Part shown: piece by piece, positions 44,219 to 53,497 of the stretch
Layout of the letters: each line of letters begins with the position of its first letter
How positions within the stretch are numbered: position 1 is the first letter of the stretch
Virus record (IMG/VR): IMGVR_UViG_3300044630_001179
Coordinates: 1 to 63,750 of that record
Strand: one strand, 5' to 3'
From: a virus
Lineage: Duplodnaviria; Caudoviricetes
Length of the DNA: 63,750 nucleotides
Translations under genes and position numbers: made by a program
The notes under the pieces: generated by a model
Databases searched by the model: none
Told to the model about the DNA's origin: nothing
Seen by the model: the letters and a program-made list of their open reading frames with translations, nothing else

Positions 44219-46654
44219 TTAACGAGGCTCAAATTCCGCTAAGTCAAACCCATCCAAACTATCCTCGTTTGACTCAAAAGTCATTGGCGGAAGATTGTTC
44301 TTTCTTTGATTAATTAACTTAGATTGCTCGGTGTTTTGCTGACTAATTCTTTTAGCTTTTGCGTCCTCTTTCATCTGCTCTCTTGCAGTTAAGTCACCAA
44401 CCTCCATACCACGTAGCTGAAGATTATACTGAAACTCCTCACGCATTAACTGAGATTTAAGCATAGCTTCCTGCTCAGATTTTTGAATGTCAAAGGCAAC
44501 CTCTGCTTGTTTAATCTGCATTTTAGATTGAGTTTCCAATTGTATCTTCTGCATAGCCGTCTCTGCTGCCATCTGTTGAGCTTGTAATTGCTGCTGAGCA
44601 ATCATAGCTTGTTTCTGCATAGCCATCTTCTCCTCACGTTCTTGAGTCTTCACACGCTTCATCTTAAGTAATTGGTTTGCCAATTTAAGATTGCGAATCT
44701 CACGGATGTCAATTGCATCCTCAAGATTAATGTCGCCCTTAGATAATGCCATTTGGATATTAGCTTCAAGCTGTGCTTTCTGCTCTTCATCAGGTGAAAC
44801 CTCAATGAAAATACCAAAGTCATAAATGTAAAGGTCTTTAATATCGTTTAATATAGATACGTTGTACTTTCCAATTTGGTTTGCAAACTCTTCTTTAAAG
44901 TCAGCATACTGCAAAATGTCAGCAACTCTATATGTTAAAGCCTCAGCTAATGTACGGAACACGTACAATGAACCATCAAGGATATGTCTTGTAGCTGTAT
45001 TAGAATTTAACGCAGCTAATTTCTGTAGACCAACTAATGAGTTAGGGTCAGGATTAGAACCATCTCTTGCTTCGTTAAGACCGGTTACGGACCTAATCAT
45101 ATCAATGTAATGGTTCATATTGGTGATTAACATCTGCGTTTTAGCTGCACCTGAGTTAGATGTCAACTGAGTAATAGGTACTCTTGCATTGTTAAAGTCA
45201 CCATCTTGAGTAAAGCTACGTCCAATTACACTACCTGTTTGGAAGTATAACCTTAATGCATCCTCAGGATTATATGCGTTACCCGTTCCTAAGTCAATTT
45301 CATTTAAGCCATCAGCATCAATAAATACACCATCGGGTACGGTACGAGCAATAACTTGTTGTAGTTTTAAGTGCGTGATTTGAATCAAATCAGCAAATGG
45401 TATCATCCTTCTGCACAATGATTCAATAGCACCTTTGTACATACGAGGAGCACAAGCAACATAGTTAGGTATTGCGTGTTGAGATGCTGACTTAGGACGA
45501 ACCATATTCTCAGACATTCTCCATTGCAATAAGATATTAGTACCCATTACCATAATACCTTCATACCACACATCAATTGTTTTCTCAATCTTTTCAAAGT
45601 TACCTTCCTCCATCATTTCAGCAGGAGGGTTAAAAGTTTCGTCTTTCTCAATTACTCGAGAACCACCACCTTCAAGTCTTTTCTTTTTATAAACAACTTT
45701 CTTTGTGCTCTTATAATTAAAATACATCAACGTGCAAGTGTCTCTATAAAACATATCGTTCTGATAGAACTGTGCTACGTTGTAATAATCGTACCACGCT
45801 TGGCTATATTGAGTAATTTCTTGTAAGTCTTCTTTGGTTAATGATTGGTCAATCTTCATAAGTTCCGTTAAAGGAACTGTCTTAATTTCTCCCCAATAAA
45901 AACAATCTTTAAAAAATGGGTCTTCTGTATAGCTGTAGACCATATTTGCAGGGTCTACATATGAAATCTTAACACCTGTTCCTTGTAAGAACTCGTGCTT
46001 TGCAACACTAATACCAATAACAGTTTGGTCGTAGTTTAATCTTTTACGAATATCTTCATAATGATTCTCATCAAATATTGTATTAATAGCTTCTTCTTCA
46101 GCTATCTCAATTGCAGGCTTATAATTAAGCTGCATATATAATGATAATTCTTCGTCTGTTTCAGGAAGCTCATCGGGCTCCATCATAAATGTGTCTACCC
46201 CTGTCTTCTCTTTGATAGTCATCAAAATATCTTTTGACACCATCTGTGCTTCAACCATATCCTGATACTTACTTCTTTTAGCTTGAGACATTGCATCTTG
46301 TGCATATGCTTTAACTTTGAATAGCCTATCAGACATTCCGTTTACAACAATATCAATAAATTTTGGAAGAATAGGAACCGGAGTCCAATCAAGATTTAAG
46401 TAAGACAAATCACCATCAATAGCTAACTCATTTTTATATTTACCAATTGGTTGCTCACCTCTTGCATAAAGTCTTAATCTACGGAAATCTTGCCATTGAC
46501 CATAGTATCTACAGTTGTTACCATCTTTTCTAAACCATTCGTATTGAATAGCCTGACCCACTTGCAATCCAAAAGCATCTGTTGCTTTCTCGGCATCAGT
46601 CGCTAATTGACTTGGGAATGCTGCGGTGTTTATGTTGATTGTTACATTTTTCAT
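44219..46654 (-). CDS. Portal protein
   Basis: RLYARGEQ...KYK.EL..DGDLSYLNLDWTPVP, TGLNEARDGS; Gln-rich C-terminus; next to terminase. Confidence 0.85.
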   Translation of the reverse strand: MKNVTININTAAFPSQLATDAEKATDAFGLQVGQAIQYEWFRKDGNNCRYYGQWQDFRRLRLYARGEQPIGKYKNELAIDGDLSYLNLDWTPVPILPKFIDIVVNGMSDRLFKVKAYAQDAMSQAKRSKYQDMVEAQMVSKDILMTIKEKTGVDTFMMEPDELPETDEELSLYMQLNYKPAIEIAEEEAINTIFDENHYEDIRKRLNYDQTVIGISVAKHEFLQGTGVKISYVDPANMVYSYTEDPFFKDCFYWGEIKTVPLTELMKIDQSLTKEDLQEITQYSQAWYDYYNVAQFYQNDMFYRDTCTLMYFNYKSTKKVVYKKKRLEGGGSRVIEKDETFNPPAEMMEEGNFEKIEKTIDVWYEGIMVMGTNILLQWRMSENMVRPKSASQHAIPNYVACAPRMYKGAIESLCRRMIPFADLIQITHLKLQQVIARTVPDGVFIDADGLNEIDLGTGNAYNPEDALRLYFQTGSVIGRSFTQDGDFNNARVPITQLTSNSGAAKTQMLITNMNHYIDMIRSVTGLNEARDGSNPDPNSLVGLQKLAALNSNTATRHILDGSLYVFRTLAEALTYRVADILQYADFKEEFANQIGKYNVSILNDIKDLYIYDFGIFIEVSPDEEQKAQLEANIQMALSKGDINLEDAIDIREIRNLKLANQLLKMKRVKTQEREEKMAMQKQAMIAQQQLQAQQMAAETAMQKIQLETQSKMQIKQAEVAFDIQKSEQEAMLKSQLMREEFQYNLQLRGMEVGDLTAREQMKEDAKAKRISQQNTEQSKLINQRKNNLPPMTFESNEDSLDGFDLAEFEPR

Positions 46655-48900
46655 CTAATCAATTGACTTGTTGTTCCTTCGTTTTTATATTTAGCGAAGT
46701 TAATAATTAATTTCGATTCTTTTTTCTCCGGTATGTATAGATGCTTCTGATTAGCCATAATGCATAATCCCGAACTAATGGAGGCATCGAACCTTGTTCT
46801 GTCATTAATGTCAAACTTAGCCCAATCCTCAAGCGTTCTTGTAAATGGCATTGTGCCCATTTCTTCAGGGTCTCTATACTTTGCTTCCAAGTCTAATCCA
46901 ACATACTTCTCAATATAAGATTCAATAGCGGAGGCGTGTGCTTGCTTAACATCTTCTGATGAGTTTGGAATACCTCCTAACTCACGCTCAGTCTTTGTTA
47001 ATTTAGCCAACTGCTTATCCGGTCTATTAATAGAAAATCCTCTGTATCCTCTATTTTTAATATGGTATAAAAGCCTTGGTTTATTATTCTCCACTAAGAT
47101 AGGCATTCCGTAGAATATACAAGCCATTAGTACTTCTTCAAAGAATATTTCTGCCGTTTGTGGACGAGCAATGTACTCTAAAAAAAATTGATTGGTTGGT
47201 GCGTCATCCATATGAAACTTAGTCATACCGTGAAGTGCACCATTAGAACCACGTCCACCTACTACAGCAGAGATGTCATAAGAGTCACAACCAAATGAAC
47301 CAAGATGCTCATTACCCGGATACTTGATTCCGTTGCGTATGTGCACATTATTTTGCATATGCTTAGGAGGTGCCCAACTTATTAGGAACCTACCTCGTGT
47401 ATCAGGAGTCCATATCACCTCGCTATCTTTAATACCATCCTTCCACGAAAATGCCCCACGAGTAAGGTATTGCCCCTTAATCATTGAGTCGTTATAATCA
47501 ATCTGCTGATATAGTTTAGTTAAATTGAATAAGGCTTGCTTGCTCTCGTCTCTAAAAGCGTGAGACTCTGTTCTTGGAAACTGACGATAAAATTCGTTTA
47601 GTGCGTCAGCATCACTATTTAAAGACTCAACCTCCGCTTCCCAATAGTCAATGGCTCCGTTTTTAATCCAATTACCATCCACACCCATAATAGGCTCCTC
47701 AGGTTTGCGAAACACAGGATGACCATATCTGTCAATGAATCCTTCCATATTCCACTCCATTGGAATAAATATGGCATATAAACCACTTTTAGTTTGCCCG
47801 TTGGCGTTACGTACTTTTACGTTTGAGTCCTCGTAAATATCTTTATAGTTCTGTCCCCCTTTGCTTAATGCATTGGACGTTGAACCCATCATACATTTAC
47901 CGATAATCTTACTACCCAAGCGAAGACAGGTTTTGGTTACACGCCAATTCTCTTTAATGTTTACAGGCTTGGTCCACTTGGCAGACTCATCGTGTGCCAA
48001 AAATAATAGCTTCTCTCCATCGTATGAGTTGTCCTCAGTATTTTTCCAATCTATTGATGTATCAAGTCCATCGACATCATTGTCGTCAGTCTCATACATA
48101 TTCTTCTTAGTAATCTTTGCTGCCGGAACCCTATACGCCAACTCAGTTTTTGGCTTGTCCATACCATCCATAATCGGTTTGAAAAAGAATGGTAGGCGGC
48201 TATTGATTGGTACAACCTTATCGGTGAACATCTTCTTAGCATCCGCACCTGTCTTAGATAAGATACCTATACGTGCGTCACGAGCGAGCGTACCTATGTT
48301 CACGCACTCTGATGATGACATAAACGAGAACCCTGAACGTCTAATTTTTAGGTATATCATACCAAATGACCTCGGGTCAGCACGACAGGCTTCCCAAAAT
48401 ATCCAATAGATTCTATTGGCTTCACGGAAGTCAGGGTATCCTATGTCAATACTTGACCATTGCAAGTACATATAATGAGAGCCGGTTATGTAAGTCTTTA
48501 CTCCATTGTTCATAAACCAACATCCTTGCTCACGGTAGTCAAACTCCTGCTCAATATAATCTACCCAACGGTCTTTAAATTCTTTTGGCTTTTCGTTCCA
48601 TTGAAATATGGATTGTATCTTGGCTAACTCACGTGGAAGGTCTTGACGTTCCCAATATTGTTCAGCCTTAGTGGAGTGTCTTTGAAGACACTTTTCAGGA
48701 GCAAGCGGAAGAGCAATAATTAATCCTTCTATCTCTACTATCTGTCCTATCTGTCCGGTCTTTGAAATTACAATAACATCGTATTGGTCGTTATACCCAT
48801 ACAGCCACGACCTCACCCTATTTTTGTTAGAGATAACGGCAGCCGGTATGTGATTATCGACTATACGGCATAGATTATTGTTTTGACCTTCTTTCTGCAA
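46651..48900 (-). CDS. terL: Terminase large subunit
   Basis: KIRRSGFS Walker A-like, HDESAKW Walker B, GST, GCDSYD nuclease motif, ENNK. Confidence 0.9.
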   Translation of the reverse strand: MQKEGQNNNLCRIVDNHIPAAVISNKNRVRSWLYGYNDQYDVIVISKTGQIGQIVEIEGLIIALPLAPEKCLQRHSTKAEQYWERQDLPRELAKIQSIFQWNEKPKEFKDRWVDYIEQEFDYREQGCWFMNNGVKTYITGSHYMYLQWSSIDIGYPDFREANRIYWIFWEACRADPRSFGMIYLKIRRSGFSFMSSSECVNIGTLARDARIGILSKTGADAKKMFTDKVVPINSRLPFFFKPIMDGMDKPKTELAYRVPAAKITKKNMYETDDNDVDGLDTSIDWKNTEDNSYDGEKLLFLAHDESAKWTKPVNIKENWRVTKTCLRLGSKIIGKCMMGSTSNALSKGGQNYKDIYEDSNVKVRNANGQTKSGLYAIFIPMEWNMEGFIDRYGHPVFRKPEEPIMGVDGNWIKNGAIDYWEAEVESLNSDADALNEFYRQFPRTESHAFRDESKQALFNLTKLYQQIDYNDSMIKGQYLTRGAFSWKDGIKDSEVIWTPDTRGRFLISWAPPKHMQNNVHIRNGIKYPGNEHLGSFGCDSYDISAVVGGRGSNGALHGMTKFHMDDAPTNQFFLEYIARPQTAEIFFEEVLMACIFYGMPILVENNKPRLLYHIKNRGYRGFSINRPDKQLAKLTKTERELGGIPNSSEDVKQAHASAIESYIEKYVGLDLEAKYRDPEEMGTMPFTRTLEDWAKFDINDRTRFDASISSGLCIMANQKHLYIPEKKESKLIINFAKYKNEGTTSQLIR
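48676..48691 (-). repeat. 16-bp palindrome, copy 11 (inside terL)
   Basis: Exact match; encodes KCLQRH (different reading frame). Confidence 0.9.
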
Positions 48901-49162
48901 ATCCTTGTTTTGTATCTGTTTTACTTATTCCTCTGTCTGCGGACTCAAGATTTTCTTTCTCCGCTTCTATTCTACTCAATATCTCAAACGCATCAAAGAT
49001 GGCTAACTTCTTAGCTGCTGCTGCGTTCTTCATCTTATCGGCAGATACATCTGTATCTGACTCTGTATTAATAATATCTTCCTCAGCTACCTTTACAAGA
49101 TGGTTAACCGCTTTGTATCCGGCTTCAATAATCCTTAGTTTTATTTCTTTAGTGTCTTTCAT
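48875..49162 (-). CDS. Small helical protein upstream of TerL (possible small terminase subunit)
   Basis: ORF track; position only. Confidence 0.45.
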   Translation of the reverse strand: MKDTKEIKLRIIEAGYKAVNHLVKVAEEDIINTESDTDVSADKMKNAAAAKKLAIFDAFEILSRIEAEKENLESADRGISKTDTKQGFAERRSKQ

Positions 49163-49635
49163 TATTTAACCTTTAAAAAAATTACCTGAACCAACCTTGC
49201 GGTTTCTGCTTCTCCAAAGTTATCAAAAATATTCCTCGAGTGTGGAGCTTCTGAGTTAAACGCAATCATACGATTAAACTTAGAGTACATCGTAAGCAGT
49301 GGCTTCTTGTCCTCATCATAGATGGTTGTGCCGTCATTCTCGGGTGCCTGCTCGTTTAAATACAATAAACAGGTAATATCACCCATCATTTCATCTGTAT
49401 GTACAAAATTTGGTTCTTCTTGGTTCAATGGTGACTTACGAATAAAGTTTAAGTCTACTTTATAACCACTAAATAAATTAGTGACGTATAAGGCAAACTC
49501 ATCGTTCTTGTCTCGAGGTTGAATGTTCCTGAATACGTTGTCACCATCTGCCACGTCTTGGAACCCGTAAAAGTGGATGTCTGATACATAAGCGTTTGGG
49601 TCTTTAATAATGTTGTCGAATGTGATTAGATTCAT
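49162..49635 (-). CDS. 2OG-Fe(II) oxygenase-like protein (DUF6445-like)
   Basis: HTD...LLYLN...GT..Y...FNR...F....PHS...RL.QV.F: HxD...H triad plus Arg. Confidence 0.7.
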   Translation of the reverse strand: MNLITFDNIIKDPNAYVSDIHFYGFQDVADGDNVFRNIQPRDKNDEFALYVTNLFSGYKVDLNFIRKSPLNQEEPNFVHTDEMMGDITCLLYLNEQAPENDGTTIYDEDKKPLLTMYSKFNRMIAFNSEAPHSRNIFDNFGEAETARLVQVIFLKVK

Positions 49636-50195
49636 AATTTAATTGTTATTTGATGGTCGTACATTCTATATAGTTTCTCATCATCTACTGTAAACTCGTA
49701 TTCGCTATCCGGAGAAAAGCATACCATATCTCCTGCTTTTATGCCACGCACAAGTAAATACTCGTTTGGATATTTCATTACACCCATTAGAGGCTCTTCT
49801 GAGAATGGCTTCTTGATATAACTTTGTGTAGTGGGGATAGGCTTAACAAAACAGAATCTATCATAAGCGTTCCACGTGGAGTCTTGCTTATACATATAAA
49901 ACTGCTCCGTCTCTATAAAGAATAGGTCGTCTTTAAAAAAAGACTTGCCACTCTTCTGCCTACCCCGCATATCATTATAAAACTTAAATACGTTATGGTG
50001 CACAAGTAAAGTATCACCTTGCTTAATTGGTCCTTTATATCCCAATGGGAGTTCAACTACTTCTGCAAATCTGTTAGAAAACTTATGGTCTTCCTCAGAA
50101 GTACTGACAATAAAGTCTACCCCACCAATATCCTTGGTGTTATCATACCTTTTACCATTTACAGGTTTTGCTATAAAATAGAACGGAGACTTCAT
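49632..50195 (-). CDS. GroES-like (tandem) protein
   Basis: FIAKP, AEVV..P, IK.GD...VH; second half FVKPI...G.MKY...IKAGD.V.F...EYEF.VD..LYRM. Confidence 0.5.
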   Translation of the reverse strand: MKSPFYFIAKPVNGKRYDNTKDIGGVDFIVSTSEEDHKFSNRFAEVVELPLGYKGPIKQGDTLLVHHNVFKFYNDMRGRQKSGKSFFKDDLFFIETEQFYMYKQDSTWNAYDRFCFVKPIPTTQSYIKKPFSEEPLMGVMKYPNEYLLVRGIKAGDMVCFSPDSEYEFTVDDEKLYRMYDHQITIKL

Positions 50196-50422
50196 TATAT
50201 GTTTATGTTATATTCAATTGAGATAGGGATGGTAGCGTTAAACTCTTTCCAAAGCACTACCTCTGCTTTCTCATTTATAATGTAAATCTTAATAGATTGT
50301 TTCTCTGCATCAAGTTTAATTAAGTGTATTTCATTAGTATCATTAAGTACTTTTTGCCCTACAATGTAGTGCATAGCACCTCCTTTATAATCCGGTCCTA
50401 TTGATATTTTGCGTATGTCCAT
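50195..50422 (-). CDS. Hypothetical protein (IRKISIG.DYK..AMHY.VGQ)
   Basis: ORF track. Confidence 0.7.
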   Translation of the reverse strand: MDIRKISIGPDYKGGAMHYIVGQKVLNDTNEIHLIKLDAEKQSIKIYIINEKAEVVLWKEFNATIPISIEYNINI

Positions 50423-50642
50423 TATTATTTCTTTTATTATTTAGACCAAATTTAATCCATTTATACCATATACGTTCGTGAATATAATATTGAATAGGTT
50501 TATATACTAATTCTGCTACGCCAAATGCTGCTCCTACTTTTATAGAACCGCTTACAATCCACATAATAAAAAATCCAATTGCGGTGCTTACTATTCTATA
50601 ACTGATAGTTTTAGCTATATGTCGTTTCTTTTCTACTATCAT
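50385..50642 (-). CDS. DUF2061-like small membrane protein
   Basis: RH.AKTISYR...T....YY.HER.W motif. Confidence 0.75.
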   Translation of the reverse strand: MIVEKKRHIAKTISYRIVSTAIGFFIMWIVSGSIKVGAAFGVAELVYKPIQYYIHERIWYKWIKFGLNNKRNNNGHTQNINRTGL

Positions 50643-51016
50643 AATCCTAAATCTTTTCTTATTTTGGTTGCAGATATTTCAGCCACTTCAGTTGGAGGTA
50701 TGTGCTCAATAATATCATAGCCTACTCCTCTTCCAAAATTCACACTTGATATATCCGGAACCACCATTACTGATACGTTAGGATTGTCTTTGTACTCGTT
50801 TTTAATCGTGTTTAATACTTCACTAACAGGAAAAGGATTCTTTTCATCCGGCTCTACATCCCTTATACCAATTAGAACTCTTCCTCCCTCATCCAATACT
50901 TGTTGAAACATTTGTCTGTGTGCTTCGTGTATTGGCTGCCAACGACCTATAAATAAAGACCATTGGTTGTTTTTACGTTGCATTGAACTTGCAACGTGTA
51001 CTTTTTTACTCCACAT
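50639..51016 (-). CDS. HIGH-superfamily nucleotidyltransferase (cytidylyltransferase-like)
   Basis: FIGRWQPIHEAH (HxxH), NPF, GRGVGY, ISATKIR. Confidence 0.75.
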   Translation of the reverse strand: MWSKKVHVASSMQRKNNQWSLFIGRWQPIHEAHRQMFQQVLDEGGRVLIGIRDVEPDEKNPFPVSEVLNTIKNEYKDNPNVSVMVVPDISSVNFGRGVGYDIIEHIPPTEVAEISATKIRKDLGL

Positions 51017-51422
51017 ATGATTTGATTTGATTTAAGCATTCTTCTACCGTTAAGTTGTCCGTGTTAATCTGTAAAAAATTTTCTAACTCAGGCTCTTCAA
51101 AATCACTTACGTGAAATTGCTCTCTGCCTCTTGGCTTTGTGTAAGTAAGGTAAATCCATTTTACGTCAGTAGTAAGACTGTTTAAATAGTCCCTTGCTTC
51201 TTTGTATGGATATACCAATGATAAAACTACAGGCTTGCCTGTGCTATTTATATAATGGGCAATATCACTTGCCCTATTTAAGTTTTTAATCCGACCTTCT
51301 TTGCTATAATCTTTGTTGGCAAATAGTTCTCTTAGCTTATCTCCATCTATATTGTGGACATTAATTTTATTAGCTAAAGTAGACTTGCCACTATGAGGTT
51401 GACCAAATAATACTAATATCAT
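51006..51422 (-). CDS. cysC: Adenylylsulfate (APS) kinase-like P-loop kinase
   Basis: GQPHSGKSTLA, IDGD.LR, DYS.EGR..NL, LV.PY...R, FEEP; start at MILVLFG (ATGA overlap). Confidence 0.75.
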   Translation of the reverse strand: MILVLFGQPHSGKSTLANKINVHNIDGDKLRELFANKDYSKEGRIKNLNRASDIAHYINSTGKPVVLSLVYPYKEARDYLNSLTTDVKWIYLTYTKPRGREQFHVSDFEEPELENFLQINTDNLTVEECLNQIKSYVE

Positions 51423-52237
51423 TTTGAATATTTGAATTGTTGAAAGAACCATTGATAGTTATCCCATATCCAATTGTTTACATCCTTACCTAAAAGCTGT
51501 TTTGCTTTTGATGGAACCGGCTCTAACTTAGTTCTAATAACGTGGTCTCCAAAACTACCATACACCTCATCATCTTCTTTTGTTACCTGCTCTATATTGT
51601 CCCAATCGTGCTTAAAGTATGGTATGCCCAAATATTCATATATCTTAACCATAGTAGTATCAGGATACAAACACAAGTCTTCAAACTTGACAAACAATAT
51701 ATGCTTGTCTATACCCAATCTATATAACTCTTGAAGTCTTTCAATAGCTAATCCAATAGGTTGAGACTGTGCCCATATGTCAATACGCTTAGGTACGGTT
51801 GTACCCTGCATCTGTGCCCAATTAAGAATGGCATTTGCTTTATCAGGATTCTTTCTGTAGTTATTCTCCATAGACGCAAATACGTCTCTAAGGTCCCTTA
51901 CCATACATATAATCTTTGGCTCAGGATGAATAAAGTTGAGGAAGTCGTAATGGATTCCCCATCCACGAGATTTGTCTACAACATATTTCTTGTCAGTAAT
52001 AGCATTGTAATAAGCTGTCATACCTTCTTTGCAAAATGCTTGGAAAGCAGTTTTCATTATCTCAGGGTCCTGTGCTTTAAACTCAGGAGAGTCTGTGTAA
52101 TTACCTCTTGCAGCAAACACAAGTTCTAATACACCTGATGTAGGCGTTGCGTATATGTCAGGATTTTGTGCTAATATATTTTGTAATAAAGTTGACCCTG
52201 CTCTTGGCAAAGAACTTTGATAGAATATTTTTTCCAT
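51419..52237 (-). CDS. Sulfotransferase
   Basis: SLPRAGSTLL..IL.QNP 5'-PSB loop, DKSR.W, MVRD...VFAS 3'-PB motif, KFEDL...P. Confidence 0.85.
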   Translation of the reverse strand: MEKIFYQSSLPRAGSTLLQNILAQNPDIYATPTSGVLELVFAARGNYTDSPEFKAQDPEIMKTAFQAFCKEGMTAYYNAITDKKYVVDKSRGWGIHYDFLNFIHPEPKIICMVRDLRDVFASMENNYRKNPDKANAILNWAQMQGTTVPKRIDIWAQSQPIGLAIERLQELYRLGIDKHILFVKFEDLCLYPDTTMVKIYEYLGIPYFKHDWDNIEQVTKEDDEVYGSFGDHVIRTKLEPVPSKAKQLLGKDVNNWIWDNYQWFFQQFKYSK

Positions 52238-52238
52238 A

Positions 52239-53114
52239 TTATTTTTTAAGAGATGCTATAATCTTATCTACGTCAAATATTTCATCCTCATTGTTATAAG
52301 GAAACTCTAATAAATCACCTGCAATATTGTATTTCTGTAAGAATGAATTTCTTAACTCAGGTTTTTTAGTTTGAGGATTTGCTAAAATATTATCGTGTAA
52401 GCTATGACCAAAGACAACCGGGCTGTTGGCAATCCAACATACAGTACTTGGTTTGTTAATGGCAGCAGCAGCGTGCTGACCAAAACTATCCATAAGTAAT
52501 CTTTTATCGCTTAGTTCAATTAAGACTGCTAATGCTCTAAAGTTATCTGAAACTGTATAGGTACCATCATATGCCACTTGGTCTTCTCTCCTAATATGGA
52601 TGATGTTGTATTCGTTTTTAAATTCTTCTATAATTTTTGTTACAACTGTTGCAGGAATATCTCTTGCCCAAGAATACTTTAATTCTTGTTGCACTGCTCC
52701 ACCATTGGTTTGTAATAAAAGAATAGGCTTGTCTGATACAAACTTTTTAGAGAAAAAAGACTTTTCTCTATCTGTAATAAATAATTCGGGATTGGTTGAC
52801 TCAGGCGTTTCAATGCCAAACATATTGCACCACGTGTGTACTAAATGTTCTGACTGAGACAGATGACCTGCTTCAAAATAAGGGTCGTGTCCAAAAAACT
52901 TGAACTCTTTATTCTCAATATAGTCTTGGTAAAAGTATTGAGTGCCTCCAAATGAAAACGCTCTATCTACGTGTGGGTTATCCAAAAAAACTTCAGGATA
53001 ACCACTCATTACTATTAATTGCGAATCAGGGTATTGTTTTTTAATTTGCTTACATACTGTCGTAGACATTATGGCTTTGCCAATACCCCCATTAATTTGG
53101 AATATTATATTCAT
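52239..53114 (-). CDS. GT-B glycosyltransferase (GT9/heptosyltransferase-like)
   Basis: GGIGK, F..NP.V, DSF.QHAAAA...PS.V.W, P.VFG. Confidence 0.7.
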   Translation of the reverse strand: MNIIFQINGGIGKAIMSTTVCKQIKKQYPDSQLIVMSGYPEVFLDNPHVDRAFSFGGTQYFYQDYIENKEFKFFGHDPYFEAGHLSQSEHLVHTWCNMFGIETPESTNPELFITDREKSFFSKKFVSDKPILLLQTNGGAVQQELKYSWARDIPATVVTKIIEEFKNEYNIIHIRREDQVAYDGTYTVSDNFRALAVLIELSDKRLLMDSFGQHAAAAINKPSTVCWIANSPVVFGHSLHDNILANPQTKKPELRNSFLQKYNIAGDLLEFPYNNEDEIFDVDKIIASLKK

Positions 53115-53151
53115 ATTAGATTAGATTTAATTGCCAATAAAAAAACTCCTA

Positions 53152-53475
53152 CTATTCTGTAGGAGGCACGTAAGCTAAAACCTCAGTTGCTAATTTATCT
53201 AACAACGCTTGGTCTAAGTCAGCAGCTTGAACTCTAAATGAATCAACATTTGGTTCATTAGGAAGCCAATCAGAAAACAATGTGTTAAAGTTATTGATAG
53301 CGTGATATGTTTTTGTACCGGTGTAACCTTCAGGTTTACCTGCCCATACATTGTCAACTACAGCATCAACATCTGCTTGGAAAGCAGCAATTGGTGCTTG
53401 TACGTTTTGAGTATCAGAGATTGCTTGAACTGTGCCAAATCCAAAGATGTGTAGCGTGTTCCATAAGTTTGCCAT
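53152..53475 (-). CDS. Hypothetical protein downstream of tail fibre
   Basis: ORF track. Confidence 0.65.
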   Translation of the reverse strand: MANLWNTLHIFGFGTVQAISDTQNVQAPIAAFQADVDAVVDNVWAGKPEGYTGTKTYHAINNFNTLFSDWLPNEPNVDSFRVQAADLDQALLDKLATEVLAYVPPTE

Positions 53476-53497
53476 AGTAATATTGTTTTGTGTAAAA

